64,000 bases of DNA. Source: Pseudomonas phage sp. 30-2. The stretch lies in the sequence record LC727697.1, one strand, 5' to 3'. Below the pieces are notes generated by a model. The model ran no database searches. It was not told the DNA's origin and saw only the letters and a list, made by a program, of their open reading frames with translations. Position 1 is the first letter of the stretch. Each line of letters starts with the position of its first letter. The position numbers and the translations under genes are program-made. Positions 40,201-48,033 of the stretch are shown here, in pieces.

Positions 40201-42833
40201 CTAAAGAGCAATATGATGTAGAAATAAACGAGAATGGTTATCTACAAGTAACATTTAAATCAAATACTCTTATTAAAATAGGATCTAAAATAAAATTATA
40301 TTCTGGTACAGAATTCACCCAAACTCCGTTAGAGGAAATGAGGTTAGAATATAATGCTAGACAACCCGGTAAAGTGCTTAAACCTATATTTGATTTAGCA
40401 ATAGATCCAGCTGGTAAAATCGCAGGCGGCTGGGGTATACCTAAGTGGGGTCAATTACGTTGGGGTATACCGGGCACAATACAAGAAGGTAATCGTCAAT
40501 TATGGACTGAATACTTACAATATTCTGGCGCTGCTGGAAGATATATATTATATCAAACTGACTTGCAACGGGATATTTTAAGTGCCGCACCCATAAACGG
40601 TTCATATCCATACAGTTCGTTTACTGAACGTCTATACGAAAGTTCAGCCGGCGAGAGAGATGTTTTATTCCAATTTAACGAACGATTCGGCGACGAATAC
40701 GGGTGTGACTATGAAGGCAAGGTCATAGATGCTAAAGATTTTGAGTACATATTTAGCAGACCGTGGGATAGTACAAAATGGGACGAATACGCATGGGATG
40801 CCTCTACTGCTACGTATGTTATTACTCCTAATTATACCGAAACAAGTGCAACAGTCATATCGGAAGGAAAAACAACATTTGTCATACGATATGTAGTAGA
40901 TATAACTAGCGTAACACTAAATGGATCTTCTACACAATACACTGCTACAAAAGGTTCTAATTTTACATCTATAGAAGTTCCTGGCGCAGTAGAAGGTGAC
41001 GAAATAGTGTTTACTTTTAATCCTGTTACTAATACATTTAACAGTGACACTAGTAAGCCTATAATAGATGGTGCATATTTTGAAGATACTGACGTAAGAG
41101 AAGGCATCCCAGAAGAACAAGCATTAGTATCTCCTACAGAGAACATGGTTATTATTGTAGATTCTAATGCGAAGACTACAGAAGTTCAGTATGTTGTTAC
41201 TAATACAGATACTTCGAACCCGTTTGTTAAAATAGTATTAACTGAAAAAATAGTGTTACAGGATATAATAGGGTTAGTTATAAACGGAGATCCTAATACT
41301 GAAGACAAATTGAAGTTTAATATAGATAACAACGGCATTAATACCGTAGTCATTGCATATCCTACTAGTTTCAGTACAGGTGATATTATATCAGTAGTCT
41401 ATAAAGATAATTATACTTCACAAACTACTGTAGCTAACGATTATAGGTTTGATACTAATTCAGTAGTAAGGGATAATACTCAAGGATACATAACTGTAGA
41501 TTTAAGAAATACAAAACAAAATAAAGATATAAACACATGGGATACATTTGCTTGGGATCCAAGCATAGATTCTCCAGAAAATGCAGATAGTGTGTATCTA
41601 CTACCTATAGATATGCCAACTATTGCTAATCCTGACGAAGTAGTCGCACAGGCATCGGGACAACTTACATACAAGTTCGTAGATATTACTGCAAATGGTG
41701 TAGATACTATGATACATACAGGTATGAATATTCTCCCCAACAGAATCCAGGGTGTTTATTCGAGCGGAGTTGCAATGTATGGCTATACAGTAGTTGTAGA
41801 TAATAGTGGAATTACTCCTGAACTTGTTATTAATTTTGAAATTGCACCGAGTGCAGGAACTGTAATTACAGTTAAATATCAATCTTATTCTATAATGAAG
41901 TTAGATGATTATGTTTCGTATGTAATGAACAAATATAACATAACTTCTGTTACTGCATCTGAATATAAGTTGCAGACATTAGACATGTTTGTTGCTGCTA
42001 ACAAAAGAATGATCAGTGTGTCTAATAATTTATATACTCGTAAGAGTAAAGAAATGTTGTATACAAATACAAAACTTTTCACTGTAGATACTAGTATACG
42101 TAATTTTGTAGGAGAGACAGTTTATATAAATGGAATTAGTAAAACTAAAGACAAAGACTACACTATAGAATTCACAAATATAACAGGTGATAATGCTAAA
42201 TTATTAGTAGTATATAAGGGTACTCTTAACGCAGGCGATATTATACGAATCGATTGGACTGAAACAAACATTCAAAAAGTAACCGATATTGTTAATAATT
42301 CGTGGGTAGCTGTATTTAATGAACAACACAATTTCATAAATCCAGTTACAATGCAAGGTGATAATGTTGTAATCAAATATCCTGCCAAACCGCTAAGCTT
42401 CAGGGTACACCTAGATGAAATGGGCGAAACACACTATGTTAGGATTTCTGATTATTATAGCACTAGATTAGCTAAACCATTAAAACTTACAGATAAATCT
42501 ATAGAGTTAGTAGATGCATCTGCAATAGTAGATCCGTCTAATAGTAAACCCGGTGTAGTTTGGATAGGAACCGAACGTATAGAATTCTTATATAAACGCG
42601 GTAATAAATTACACGGATTGACTAGGGGATCATTAGGGACATCTGTATATACCGGAACAAATGGAGATACAACTGTGCCTTTATATACTAGAGTATTTGA
42701 CGGTTCGTATAAACAAGAACAAGAAGATACAGGTAAGTACATATGGGAAAATAATAACGGTGGACTTGCTCTAAGTACAACTCCCTGGGCTATATTCTTA
42801 CAAAACAGACCTGGAAGTGGATTAACTCCGTAG
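31260..42833 (+). CDS. Giant virion structural protein (3857 aa), presumably a baseplate/fibre-network component
   Basis: Single uninterrupted 11.6-kb ORF in the late baseplate operon between gp6 and the fibre genes. Confidence 0.6.
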   Translation: MATLKTFNKLPGIFRTDTQKRFFLATFEQLFSKKNVEDITAYIGRRVPGRHDPINDYYLAEPTKERTWYQLEATSYSIDSTTLDQTNIMFYQDLLNRLNYYGANTKNNDTLFSGGYYSFGPPIDLDKFINFQNYYWIEDRLPVIMLTVENESGINADEWIINNIIGKKNASITLENGNTIQLSNGLRIQYTNSSSFNRPLTVEGVGKGIILVKDESHLVDTVGSVDYITIERGCRDGNAWSRTNKWYHKSVMATSASATNTSTYNNAVKARRPIIEFDRDIELFKSGNNYLGEVNLVAESDSISSISNSASYTIDGKLLEDQDKLIFLSNSTITYPIVDTFIADAAPYNIILRKPFTDTDDIFVIVKRGNKMFYNPEWYSYEDELNQMNFIADTKGLQWNPISYDINNVSFENITNGVEYKFYTPSSVGTIKTIDVVNRGTSIRQPRTSFTFNVETLNTPVGKNNSIVTITGTTLPTNLAFDVIINDNIDGLLPGDQVEINVNNKVNMYKKPAAEAIEGPGARRTFLFNNDFTFNFTQQNIGNHIIGIQIDAYTRDANNDPVSYDYLYNPADDFVSFTIEQDNALLVEFKNIVPDDSIVKLIVRDNETLTLNATDYIWKIVKVEQPDNTVVNSIIPVPNKYTKVAKGDVVLVTEGDTFAGDMFYYTGVQWERTYNRKTNANQAPLFNLYYTDLDSNNNAISLDSFPQSTFAGSKIFSYKINEESAYDDEILGFPIEVKNLGQISDIVFRHDLHMDVFQYFNGNEFEPIKGYYYFKQWNYTISGSNPTYEHTWVPFDGNSKQRVIDRFVVSDSSQKEYELSVTPEELEPGIFDIRVEYNKSTLAQNVEFTIVLDNDGKPTKTIKILRSLSATDVIQTYTYSKEALPDNALGYYQIPQQLENNPNNLEVNEYSSNELTNHFVSIMTNQIGFKGDPYSSNNNYRDTAEDKSLGTFILQNRSPLLKTMLVSSSEELNINSAIRFARDEYTRYKDKFIKYAKELIAAPLNQNTNPVNIDALFTYVINRVTSTFEYNGAFTQSYMAAWGDVYDEYNFSSASVGNTLLVPTNNILGKMDSSVLVFRRSGTSVDYNTLTIDKDYTLSYSNNNLVVKLSSTLSNTSYIVRIYNNILSAKIPATPSKIGCYPVYQPKIIVDTSYVTPTEVILGHDGSKIPTYGDIRDDLLLEFETRIYNNIADKFRLDYNLLLKLDDVKPTKFYENGYTLQQYNEIVKPYFLKWCLKNSLNYKLYSGFNSLNWKTWNYRPVSNDSIGSWRGLYKYYYNTLTPNKTPWEMLGFVEKPTWWDEEYNGDYTSQNTDMWTDIENGIIRRGNRAGTHEKYKRTGLVPNLIPSDTSGDLKTPEELGIVPQLSNQEIETLQDEWIFGDNSPVEEAWYTNSEWPFVQLELLYLMKPADFGERYWNPLDDTRASINAKQYISSSTYTRIANSNTYAHGEVVNGNIVLNSGYQQYVFDRLSFMGKQDITYNFGSKIRSLDVCLAHRLAGYTNVDTLNVYADSISGGSTNSSMLLPNENIHVRVYTGKPITEYVFSGVAIRVNEYGKFEVRGYDVLNPVFKVVPRSTLVSGTTINVGGTTSNFTIYDTNVQYNYGDVVRYNGVYYQCVVIAAQGKFNQDNWMRLKSLPATGGITVNYINEGDYSEFYEIEYGSELDTPQDVFDFLIGYGQYLELNGWKFNEIDQTTGEVLNWVTSAKGFLFWATTQWAPNNTLFVAPGASKITLEVNEGYPEKVERISNGVYSILDQNGYAISPNDTIIDRDRRTISVSHESDQIGIYLFRVSTSDTEHAILFDNKTIFNDTIYDPLLYSRQKRLQLRGIRTNDWYGKFEADGYLIQDDNLLQNFENLTDSIWHYYDTENTLDNPIIEQTARHLIGFQDREYLNNLRITGDQQYLFYKGMISQKGTKQSVDKLLRSEFIKSNENIQIYEEFAFKLADFGATNSNAQLEVLIDGDLVKSDPQIVELSYPVSYGTGKVSEVRVLSSEMIYTTTPIIVFATPEEANAGLDPNVDAYLQGNQLNSPNNSIVEEIRATGQVVLKNGRIDSVTITEPGYGYIKPPKIAIIYNQTVITIDKLISIIKNKIDEDSPYDMIITIDSDDNERWLSKPNGRMPVIVGNEIKYNDRLVPTTKQLDGNIPTAGYVNTKDVTHQILYPKNIFTLWERKDVSKPSLTSYIWVGNASSVGIDWGVFVIYSGLTPATNALYPYCVINNMVYSYTVDSDGVIDAIFDKEGKQVTNVPIQNPLFFKNVRFKNNATVNVTSGKVWIDSINSDNDWAVAVVSGSTITNIRSRQNLVDSKLFENAYFYDKDTKQTIDFLPVYDPVKGLIPGTADRNIHYKSEIDPTTYSVSANSANIDDELAFTDSEVGRLWWDTSTCRYLQYEQPGKLDGSETKEQILEYRRDNWGKLFPGSVINVYEWVSSPFTPDLYNGTGTPKSLTDYVVRYDTNSAGQATPIYYYWVKGKQEIPNNIKSRNMTSTSVENLITNPKSQGYKWFSFIGNNSFVFSNVSKTINGKTPVFQVNYRYTKNINEKHTEWKLLREGDEVSVIPTYLWNRLVDSLVGYNINGDIVPDPTLSEFSKLGIKVRPRQSMIDNRMAARKVFVQNANSLLSTISIKDFNPAWADGLASSVLWRYVNWYADGFNQFNTTPVKQVSTVGELTGLVGKLKDGDIVKLVRPEEFTLYQYSNQNFTLIGRQNSAIQLLPAIYTVSRSYTNDNALRELIFALYNNVFKDANLVMRNLVFFALINYILSEQQNLDWVFKTTYIKVNQEGESLTQQESVTTDPIQSFISYIKEIKPYTTKIRDLGVKYNVPMDIANGTAYDYDSLYDWPDDHEGEQAPFRPIEVPRLFDINSLYDRVQCGYITKPNYIDLGDQTFIGTGGQVVLIANTPNDEFIALDGISQYQLGANKDISRITSVTINGQEIEGYTFTTILNATFIILPSTPDAGDVIIVNYTDIKSVWKIKVDGKTITKEQYDVEINENGYLQVTFKSNTLIKIGSKIKLYSGTEFTQTPLEEMRLEYNARQPGKVLKPIFDLAIDPAGKIAGGWGIPKWGQLRWGIPGTIQEGNRQLWTEYLQYSGAAGRYILYQTDLQRDILSAAPINGSYPYSSFTERLYESSAGERDVLFQFNERFGDEYGCDYEGKVIDAKDFEYIFSRPWDSTKWDEYAWDASTATYVITPNYTETSATVISEGKTTFVIRYVVDITSVTLNGSSTQYTATKGSNFTSIEVPGAVEGDEIVFTFNPVTNTFNSDTSKPIIDGAYFEDTDVREGIPEEQALVSPTENMVIIVDSNAKTTEVQYVVTNTDTSNPFVKIVLTEKIVLQDIIGLVINGDPNTEDKLKFNIDNNGINTVVIAYPTSFSTGDIISVVYKDNYTSQTTVANDYRFDTNSVVRDNTQGYITVDLRNTKQNKDINTWDTFAWDPSIDSPENADSVYLLPIDMPTIANPDEVVAQASGQLTYKFVDITANGVDTMIHTGMNILPNRIQGVYSSGVAMYGYTVVVDNSGITPELVINFEIAPSAGTVITVKYQSYSIMKLDDYVSYVMNKYNITSVTASEYKLQTLDMFVAANKRMISVSNNLYTRKSKEMLYTNTKLFTVDTSIRNFVGETVYINGISKTKDKDYTIEFTNITGDNAKLLVVYKGTLNAGDIIRIDWTETNIQKVTDIVNNSWVAVFNEQHNFINPVTMQGDNVVIKYPAKPLSFRVHLDEMGETHYVRISDYYSTRLAKPLKLTDKSIELVDASAIVDPSNSKPGVVWIGTERIEFLYKRGNKLHGLTRGSLGTSVYTGTNGDTTVPLYTRVFDGSYKQEQEDTGKYIWENNNGGLALSTTPWAIFLQNRPGSGLTP

Positions 42834-42844
42834 TTTAAAACACA

Positions 42845-42852
42845 GATAAATA
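42845..42852 (+). promoter_or_regulatory. Late-promoter-like GATAAATA box upstream of the fibre gene block
   Basis: 'gataaata' just after the giant ORF's stop. Confidence 0.35.
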
Positions 42853-42857
42853 TCGAT

Positions 42858-42983
42858 ATGGATGATAAGAAAGATAACAGTAACAATAAAAAACCAGACG
42901 AGGACGTGCTCGGTCACGCCCTCGATCACGTTAAAATTGTAGATCTGAAAACAAATAAAGAATTATTAAATAAAAGGGGTTAA
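42858..42983 (+). CDS. Possible small ORF (41 aa, MDDKKDNSNNKKPDEDVLGHALDHVKIVDLKTNKELLNKRG)
   Basis: ATG 6 nt after the late box. Below the ORF-track cutoff. Confidence 0.25.
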   Translation: MDDKKDNSNNKKPDEDVLGHALDHVKIVDLKTNKELLNKRG

Positions 42984-42984
42984 T

Positions 42985-43590
42985 ATGCAAGATAGTGGAA
43001 CTATCCGTGCTATTGGGCATCTTACTATTGTAGATAAAGACACGGGTGAAATACTTCTTAGCAAAAAGAATGCAATTCATTTCGGTAATTTGGCTGCTGC
43101 TATAGTATCTGCATTGGCTGGACAAGATAACGGGCACGTAAGATATATGGCTTTCGGCAACGGCGGTACTCGAGTGACTGCTGAGGGTGAAATAATTTAT
43201 AGGGAACCCAATGTTTCTATTATACGTAATCCCGACGATTCGTTATATAACGAAACATTTAAAAAAGAAATAGATAATACACTTCAAAATAAAATAGAAG
43301 TTATTTTAGGAAGTACAAACTTTTCAGATTTAAAAGTAACCACTACTCTTGCATATGATGAAGCAGGACTACAACAACAAATTATAGACAGAGCACCCAG
43401 TTTTGCAGAAGATAATAAAGATAGTTCTGTATTCGATGAAATTGCGTTATATGTAGGTCCGCCCAGTATAGCTGGAAATTTAGATCAAAGTGAAGCTATA
43501 ATGATTACTCATGTAATATTCCATCCTATACAAAAATCATCTAATAGAGCATTACAAATACAATATACTGTTAGAGTGCAAATGGGGTAA
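42985..43590 (+). CDS. Virion structural protein, hypothetical, 201 aa
   Basis: In the late operon between the giant protein and the fibres; SD AAGGGG. Confidence 0.45.
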   Translation: MQDSGTIRAIGHLTIVDKDTGEILLSKKNAIHFGNLAAAIVSALAGQDNGHVRYMAFGNGGTRVTAEGEIIYREPNVSIIRNPDDSLYNETFKKEIDNTLQNKIEVILGSTNFSDLKVTTTLAYDEAGLQQQIIDRAPSFAEDNKDSSVFDEIALYVGPPSIAGNLDQSEAIMITHVIFHPIQKSSNRALQIQYTVRVQMG

Positions 43591-43593
43591 TTT

Positions 43594-45339
43594 ATGTCAT
43601 ATAATATTTCCAAAAGTAACGGCACCCCTATTACTGTTGCAGACCAAACGATATTAGAGAATTATACTTTGCCATTACTAGGCAAAGACATATCACCATA
43701 TGGCGGAGAAATAGCACAGAGTACAATTAGGCATTTAGAAAATTTTGCCAATACAATTCCGCCTCGGGGGGCCATTAAGGGCCAACTGTGGTATGATACT
43801 CAGCAGGAAATACTTAAAGTATGGAAAGGAGCAGACCCTCTATCTCCCAACGATAACACTAGTGCAGATAGATCTAACGAAATGTGGGCTCCTATTGGCG
43901 GAGCATTAATACAAGATCTATTGCCAAAGGTTGATAATACAATTAATATAGGGTCTCCTACCCTTAGATTTAAAAATATCTATGCAGTAGGCTTTTTCGG
44001 AACAGAAGCAACTTTAAGAAAATGTACATCTAGTTCTAACAGAACTGCTCTTACAGTTGTAGGAAATACTTCAGTTCAAGGCGACATATTACCCGAAACC
44101 CAATCGACTATGCCGAATCCTTGTCAGTTTATAACATCGTCTAGTTTGGGTTCGTCTGCAAAACAATGGGATAATTTATATACAAAGAAAGCATGGATTA
44201 ATTCCGGTGGTATAACTTTTACTAATGGTTCTTCTGTTATAGCATTAGAAAACGGACCTAATAACGATTTATTCTGTAGGGGCACATGGATTATAGGTGG
44301 TACTTCATATAGAGTAACAAGATTCTTCGGCCAAGATGTAAATACGACGTTATTAACACTAGGAACTGGCACAAATCAAGGTTTAAATTCTCATTTGATG
44401 CCTGTAATAGATAATACGTATGACTTAGGTTCTACTGCTCGGCGCTATAGAAACATGTATTCTGTAAATTTCGTAGGTAATGCATCAAGTGCGACTAATG
44501 CAACCAGAGCAGCTTCTGCAGATAAATGGACGTTTGGCAGAACATTAACACTAACTGGAAATGTTTTAGGTTCAGTAGTATTAGACGGTACTACAAACGT
44601 TACAATGAACACAACTGTAGTTGGATTAGGCACAGCAGCGTCACACGATGTTATAGCACCTGGTGTTCCTGGAAATATGGCTAACAAGATTCCTGTTGTT
44701 AGTACATCTGGTGTTACAGAAATAGCTAGGTATTTAGATTTTCACCATGCCACGAACTCTTCTACTGATTACGATGTTCGACTGCATACAGATGGCGTAA
44801 ACGACGGCGCACTATATATAAACGGTCAAAGAATATGGCATACTGGCAATCTTCCTACCGTTTATACCCAAGACCAGGTAGATCAGAAAATTTTAACTGC
44901 CATTGCAGCTACTAGAGAATTAGTATATCCTATAGGTTCTGTATACATTAACGCAACTAATTCGGCAAACCCAGCAACTTATTTAGGATTCGGGGTCTGG
45001 AATCCGTATGCACAGGGCAGATCTATAGTCGGGAACGGATCTACTACTGATGCAAATGGAGATTCGGGTGGATATGCTGCCGGATCAACAGGAGGAACTT
45101 ATTTCCATAAACTTACTGTAGCAGAGATGCCAGCGCATCAGCATATACAAGGTTTCGGAAATAACGTTTCGCAATCGGGTAGATTCGGTTCAGTCGGCGG
45201 TCAATCTGCTAGGGTCGAAGACGGTTACGGATTCCAGAGCGTTACTACAGCGCCTCTAACTTCTTCTGTCGGCGGCGACGGAAAACATAATAACCAATCT
45301 CCGTGGCAATGTGCATACGTATGGATTAGGGTAGGTTAA
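43594..45339 (+). CDS. Tail fibre protein with a C-terminal phage tail-collar (PF07484-like) domain
   Basis: C-terminus 'YLGFGVWNPYAQGRSIVG...GGTYFHKLTVAEMPAHQH', typical of the collar domain (..LPdlrGr...G......hTLt.aEmPsHtH). N-terminus paralogous to the next gene. Confidence 0.65.
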   Translation: MSYNISKSNGTPITVADQTILENYTLPLLGKDISPYGGEIAQSTIRHLENFANTIPPRGAIKGQLWYDTQQEILKVWKGADPLSPNDNTSADRSNEMWAPIGGALIQDLLPKVDNTINIGSPTLRFKNIYAVGFFGTEATLRKCTSSSNRTALTVVGNTSVQGDILPETQSTMPNPCQFITSSSLGSSAKQWDNLYTKKAWINSGGITFTNGSSVIALENGPNNDLFCRGTWIIGGTSYRVTRFFGQDVNTTLLTLGTGTNQGLNSHLMPVIDNTYDLGSTARRYRNMYSVNFVGNASSATNATRAASADKWTFGRTLTLTGNVLGSVVLDGTTNVTMNTTVVGLGTAASHDVIAPGVPGNMANKIPVVSTSGVTEIARYLDFHHATNSSTDYDVRLHTDGVNDGALYINGQRIWHTGNLPTVYTQDQVDQKILTAIAATRELVYPIGSVYINATNSANPATYLGFGVWNPYAQGRSIVGNGSTTDANGDSGGYAAGSTGGTYFHKLTVAEMPAHQHIQGFGNNVSQSGRFGSVGGQSARVEDGYGFQSVTTAPLTSSVGGDGKHNNQSPWQCAYVWIRVG

Positions 45340-45341
45340 TA

Positions 45342-46778
45342 ATGTCATATACAATTACAAAGTCAAACGGAAATATAATAGCAATACCTGATGGTACTAT
45401 ATCTAACGTATATTCTACTAGCTTAGTTGGTAGAATAACACCTGCATATGGACAATCTTTAGCACAGTCTACAATAAGAACATTAGAAAACTTTGCAAAT
45501 AATACATCTCCTCGGGGTGCAATAAAAGGGCAACTTTGGTTTGATACTAGAACTAATGTAATGAAAGTATGGATAGGAAACGATCCTGTCAATTCTACAG
45601 ACAACACTAGTGCAAACCCAAATCATGCATCGTGGAAATCATTAATAAGTACAGTAGATTCTACAATAATTCCTGCAACAAATACAGTAGATTTGGGCGC
45701 CGCCGCAAATAGATTCAGAGTCGGTTATTTCAGTACAGTTAATACAACTAATTTAGTTGCTGGAACAACCCAATTAGGTGCTACTACTATAGGCGGTAAT
45801 GTACTACCCAGTACAACTTCTCAGTATTCTATAGGTTCGGCAAGTTTAACATTTGCAGATGTATATGCAAGAAGATTTCTTGCAACACAAGAAATTGTAT
45901 TTTCTAGATCAAACGGTAATATTACTTTAGGTTTTATACCTCTTAGTGATACAGCAGTTGGGATGAAAAACACAACTGATACTCTAGGTAGTGCTTCGAG
46001 TAGAATTGCAGGTATATATGCAAGCGGGATGTATGCTAATAGTTTATCGGTCGGATCTGGGCAGCCAGGTTATGGTGTTATTACTAACTTAATACCTAGC
46101 ACAACTAATGCGTTTACTTTAGGTTCAGATACAAATAGATATTCTAAAATATACGGTATGGAATTATATGCAAGAGATAAGATAATTCCCGGTGTACCTG
46201 ATACTACCACAATGGGCGATGTTAATAATGCATTTGGCCTATCATACATAAACGAAATAACAACATCTAAAATAAATGCTAGAACAACTACTTCTTCTAT
46301 AGGAAGTCAAACTAGTCCTTTCCAAAATATTTATGGAACTAATTTAATAGGTACGTCTACATCAAGTAAATATGCAGATCTTGCAGAAAGATATGAAGCT
46401 GATGGAGAATTAGATACAGGAACTGTAGTTAAATTGGGTGGTTCTAAAGAAATAACAATGACAACACTTGATGCAGATACAGAAGTATTCGGTGTAATAA
46501 GTACAAGTGCAGGCATAATGATGAATGCCGACGCAGGGACTGATGAAACTCATCCGTTTGTCGCATTAGCAGGAAGAGTACCCGTGAAAGTAATAGGACC
46601 CATATCTAAGGGCGATAGATTAGTTGCTAGTGATGTTCCTGGTGTTGCTCGTAGAATAACAATGTCAGAATTGCAACAGTTAGGTCCTATGGGTGTATAT
46701 AGTATTATAGGACGTGCCATTAGTTCTAAATCAACATCGGATGTAGAATTAGTTTTATGTGCAATAGGCTCTAAATAA
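45342..46778 (+). CDS. Tail fibre protein, paralogous N-terminus with a different distal domain
   Basis: 'MSYTITKSNGNIIAIPDGTI..LAQSTIRTLENFANNTSPRGAIKGQLWFDT' against 'MSYNISKSNGTPITVADQTI..IAQSTIRHLENFANTIPPRGAIKGQLWYDT' in the previous gene. Confidence 0.65.
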   Translation: MSYTITKSNGNIIAIPDGTISNVYSTSLVGRITPAYGQSLAQSTIRTLENFANNTSPRGAIKGQLWFDTRTNVMKVWIGNDPVNSTDNTSANPNHASWKSLISTVDSTIIPATNTVDLGAAANRFRVGYFSTVNTTNLVAGTTQLGATTIGGNVLPSTTSQYSIGSASLTFADVYARRFLATQEIVFSRSNGNITLGFIPLSDTAVGMKNTTDTLGSASSRIAGIYASGMYANSLSVGSGQPGYGVITNLIPSTTNAFTLGSDTNRYSKIYGMELYARDKIIPGVPDTTTMGDVNNAFGLSYINEITTSKINARTTTSSIGSQTSPFQNIYGTNLIGTSTSSKYADLAERYEADGELDTGTVVKLGGSKEITMTTLDADTEVFGVISTSAGIMMNADAGTDETHPFVALAGRVPVKVIGPISKGDRLVASDVPGVARRITMSELQQLGPMGVYSIIGRAISSKSTSDVELVLCAIGSK

Positions 46779-47998
46779 TGTACGCAAGAAATCAGGTAAT
46801 ACAGGCTGCTGATTATAATCTATTTTCTTCTAAAATACAAAATATTTTAGGTACAGGAACAGGTAGCTACGGATACGGACAGACTGTTCCTGTACAACAA
46901 GTTGCTATAGGAAATATAATCAGTGCATCTAACTGGAATACACTGTTTTCTACTATGCAAACTATTGCATTACATCAAGGCACATCGTTACTAGGCGCAG
47001 CCTGGCCAGCAATTGTATCTTCAAATAATACAATTGCTGCATATAACTATGATGTAATGCAACCGCCCGGTACATTATTACCATTAGGCGATGCATTATC
47101 TTTATTAGAAGCTAATAGAGGTAAATTAGCAAATCCGACTTATACTACTAAACTAACATCTAGTAGACCGACGAGTGCTCCGTGGGATCAATCTGTATAT
47201 TCAGAGTTTACTGTCACATTTAATGATAATAATCATGCAAGACAATTTTTCAATACAGGTGGTGCAATAAGAATAACGCCTCAGTTAACCTCGCCGAGCA
47301 CTACTATTTCTACAAAGATGAAGGAGCTTTTAGAAAATATAAATTCTGTTGTATTTTTCGGAATATCTGCACCAAGCGTACCAACTAACAGCAAACCATG
47401 TACTAAAACGTTCTATGAATTAAATAATACATATCAAACAGTTTTTATACTTAAAATAGACAACGTCCAGATGTCTGTTCAAGCAAAGTTAAACAGTCCA
47501 TCTGTTATATCATTTTATGTAATATTTACGGAATTTGACACACAAACTATAGTTCAAGGAAATTTGCAATTTACAGTAATAGAACATATTTCTAGTGCAA
47601 TATATCCTGTTATATCGCCTACTTATGCACTGTTATATAATTTAACAAATAGTGCAGCAATAGTTCCTACTATGAACATTTCCGGTCCTAACCAAGTACA
47701 GCAGGGTGCTAGTGTAACCGGATCTGCAATATTTACATTCGGCTATCAAGCAATCGTATCTGAAGAAATAGTATTTGACGGAGTTGCATACCCTCTGCCT
47801 GTAGGATCTAATACAACTAGAACAAATTCAAAGGGCTCTGTTAATTATGTAAGACCAAATGATCCTGTTGTAGTTAACAGAACATGGACTTTTTCGTCAA
47901 ATTCCGGCACAGTGGGACAGACGCAAGACATAACATGGCGAGTAACTACATACGACAATAATACGTATACTTATACAAAAACAATTTTAATAATATAA
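46778..47998 (+). CDS. Fibre-associated structural or assembly protein, hypothetical, 406 aa
   Basis: Translationally coupled (ATGA overlap) to the fibre gene; last gene before the terminator. Confidence 0.4.
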   Translation: MYARNQVIQAADYNLFSSKIQNILGTGTGSYGYGQTVPVQQVAIGNIISASNWNTLFSTMQTIALHQGTSLLGAAWPAIVSSNNTIAAYNYDVMQPPGTLLPLGDALSLLEANRGKLANPTYTTKLTSSRPTSAPWDQSVYSEFTVTFNDNNHARQFFNTGGAIRITPQLTSPSTTISTKMKELLENINSVVFFGISAPSVPTNSKPCTKTFYELNNTYQTVFILKIDNVQMSVQAKLNSPSVISFYVIFTEFDTQTIVQGNLQFTVIEHISSAIYPVISPTYALLYNLTNSAAIVPTMNISGPNQVQQGASVTGSAIFTFGYQAIVSEEIVFDGVAYPLPVGSNTTRTNSKGSVNYVRPNDPVVVNRTWTFSSNSGTVGQTQDITWRVTTYDNNTYTYTKTILII

Positions 47999-48033
47999 AA
48001 GAAAAGAAGATTTAATCTTCTTTTCTTTTTATT
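47996..48033. terminator. Bidirectional terminator GAAAAGAAGAtttaaTCTTCTTTTCttttt
   Basis: Perfect 10-bp stem between convergent genes. Confidence 0.65.

Noticed and set aside
31260-42833. Several 60-140-aa minus- and plus-strand ORFs inside the giant gene (e.g. 35645..36037, 42455..42886)
   Set aside because: They are embedded in an uninterrupted 11.6-kb sense ORF within a late operon, so they are treated as antisense or out-of-frame noise.
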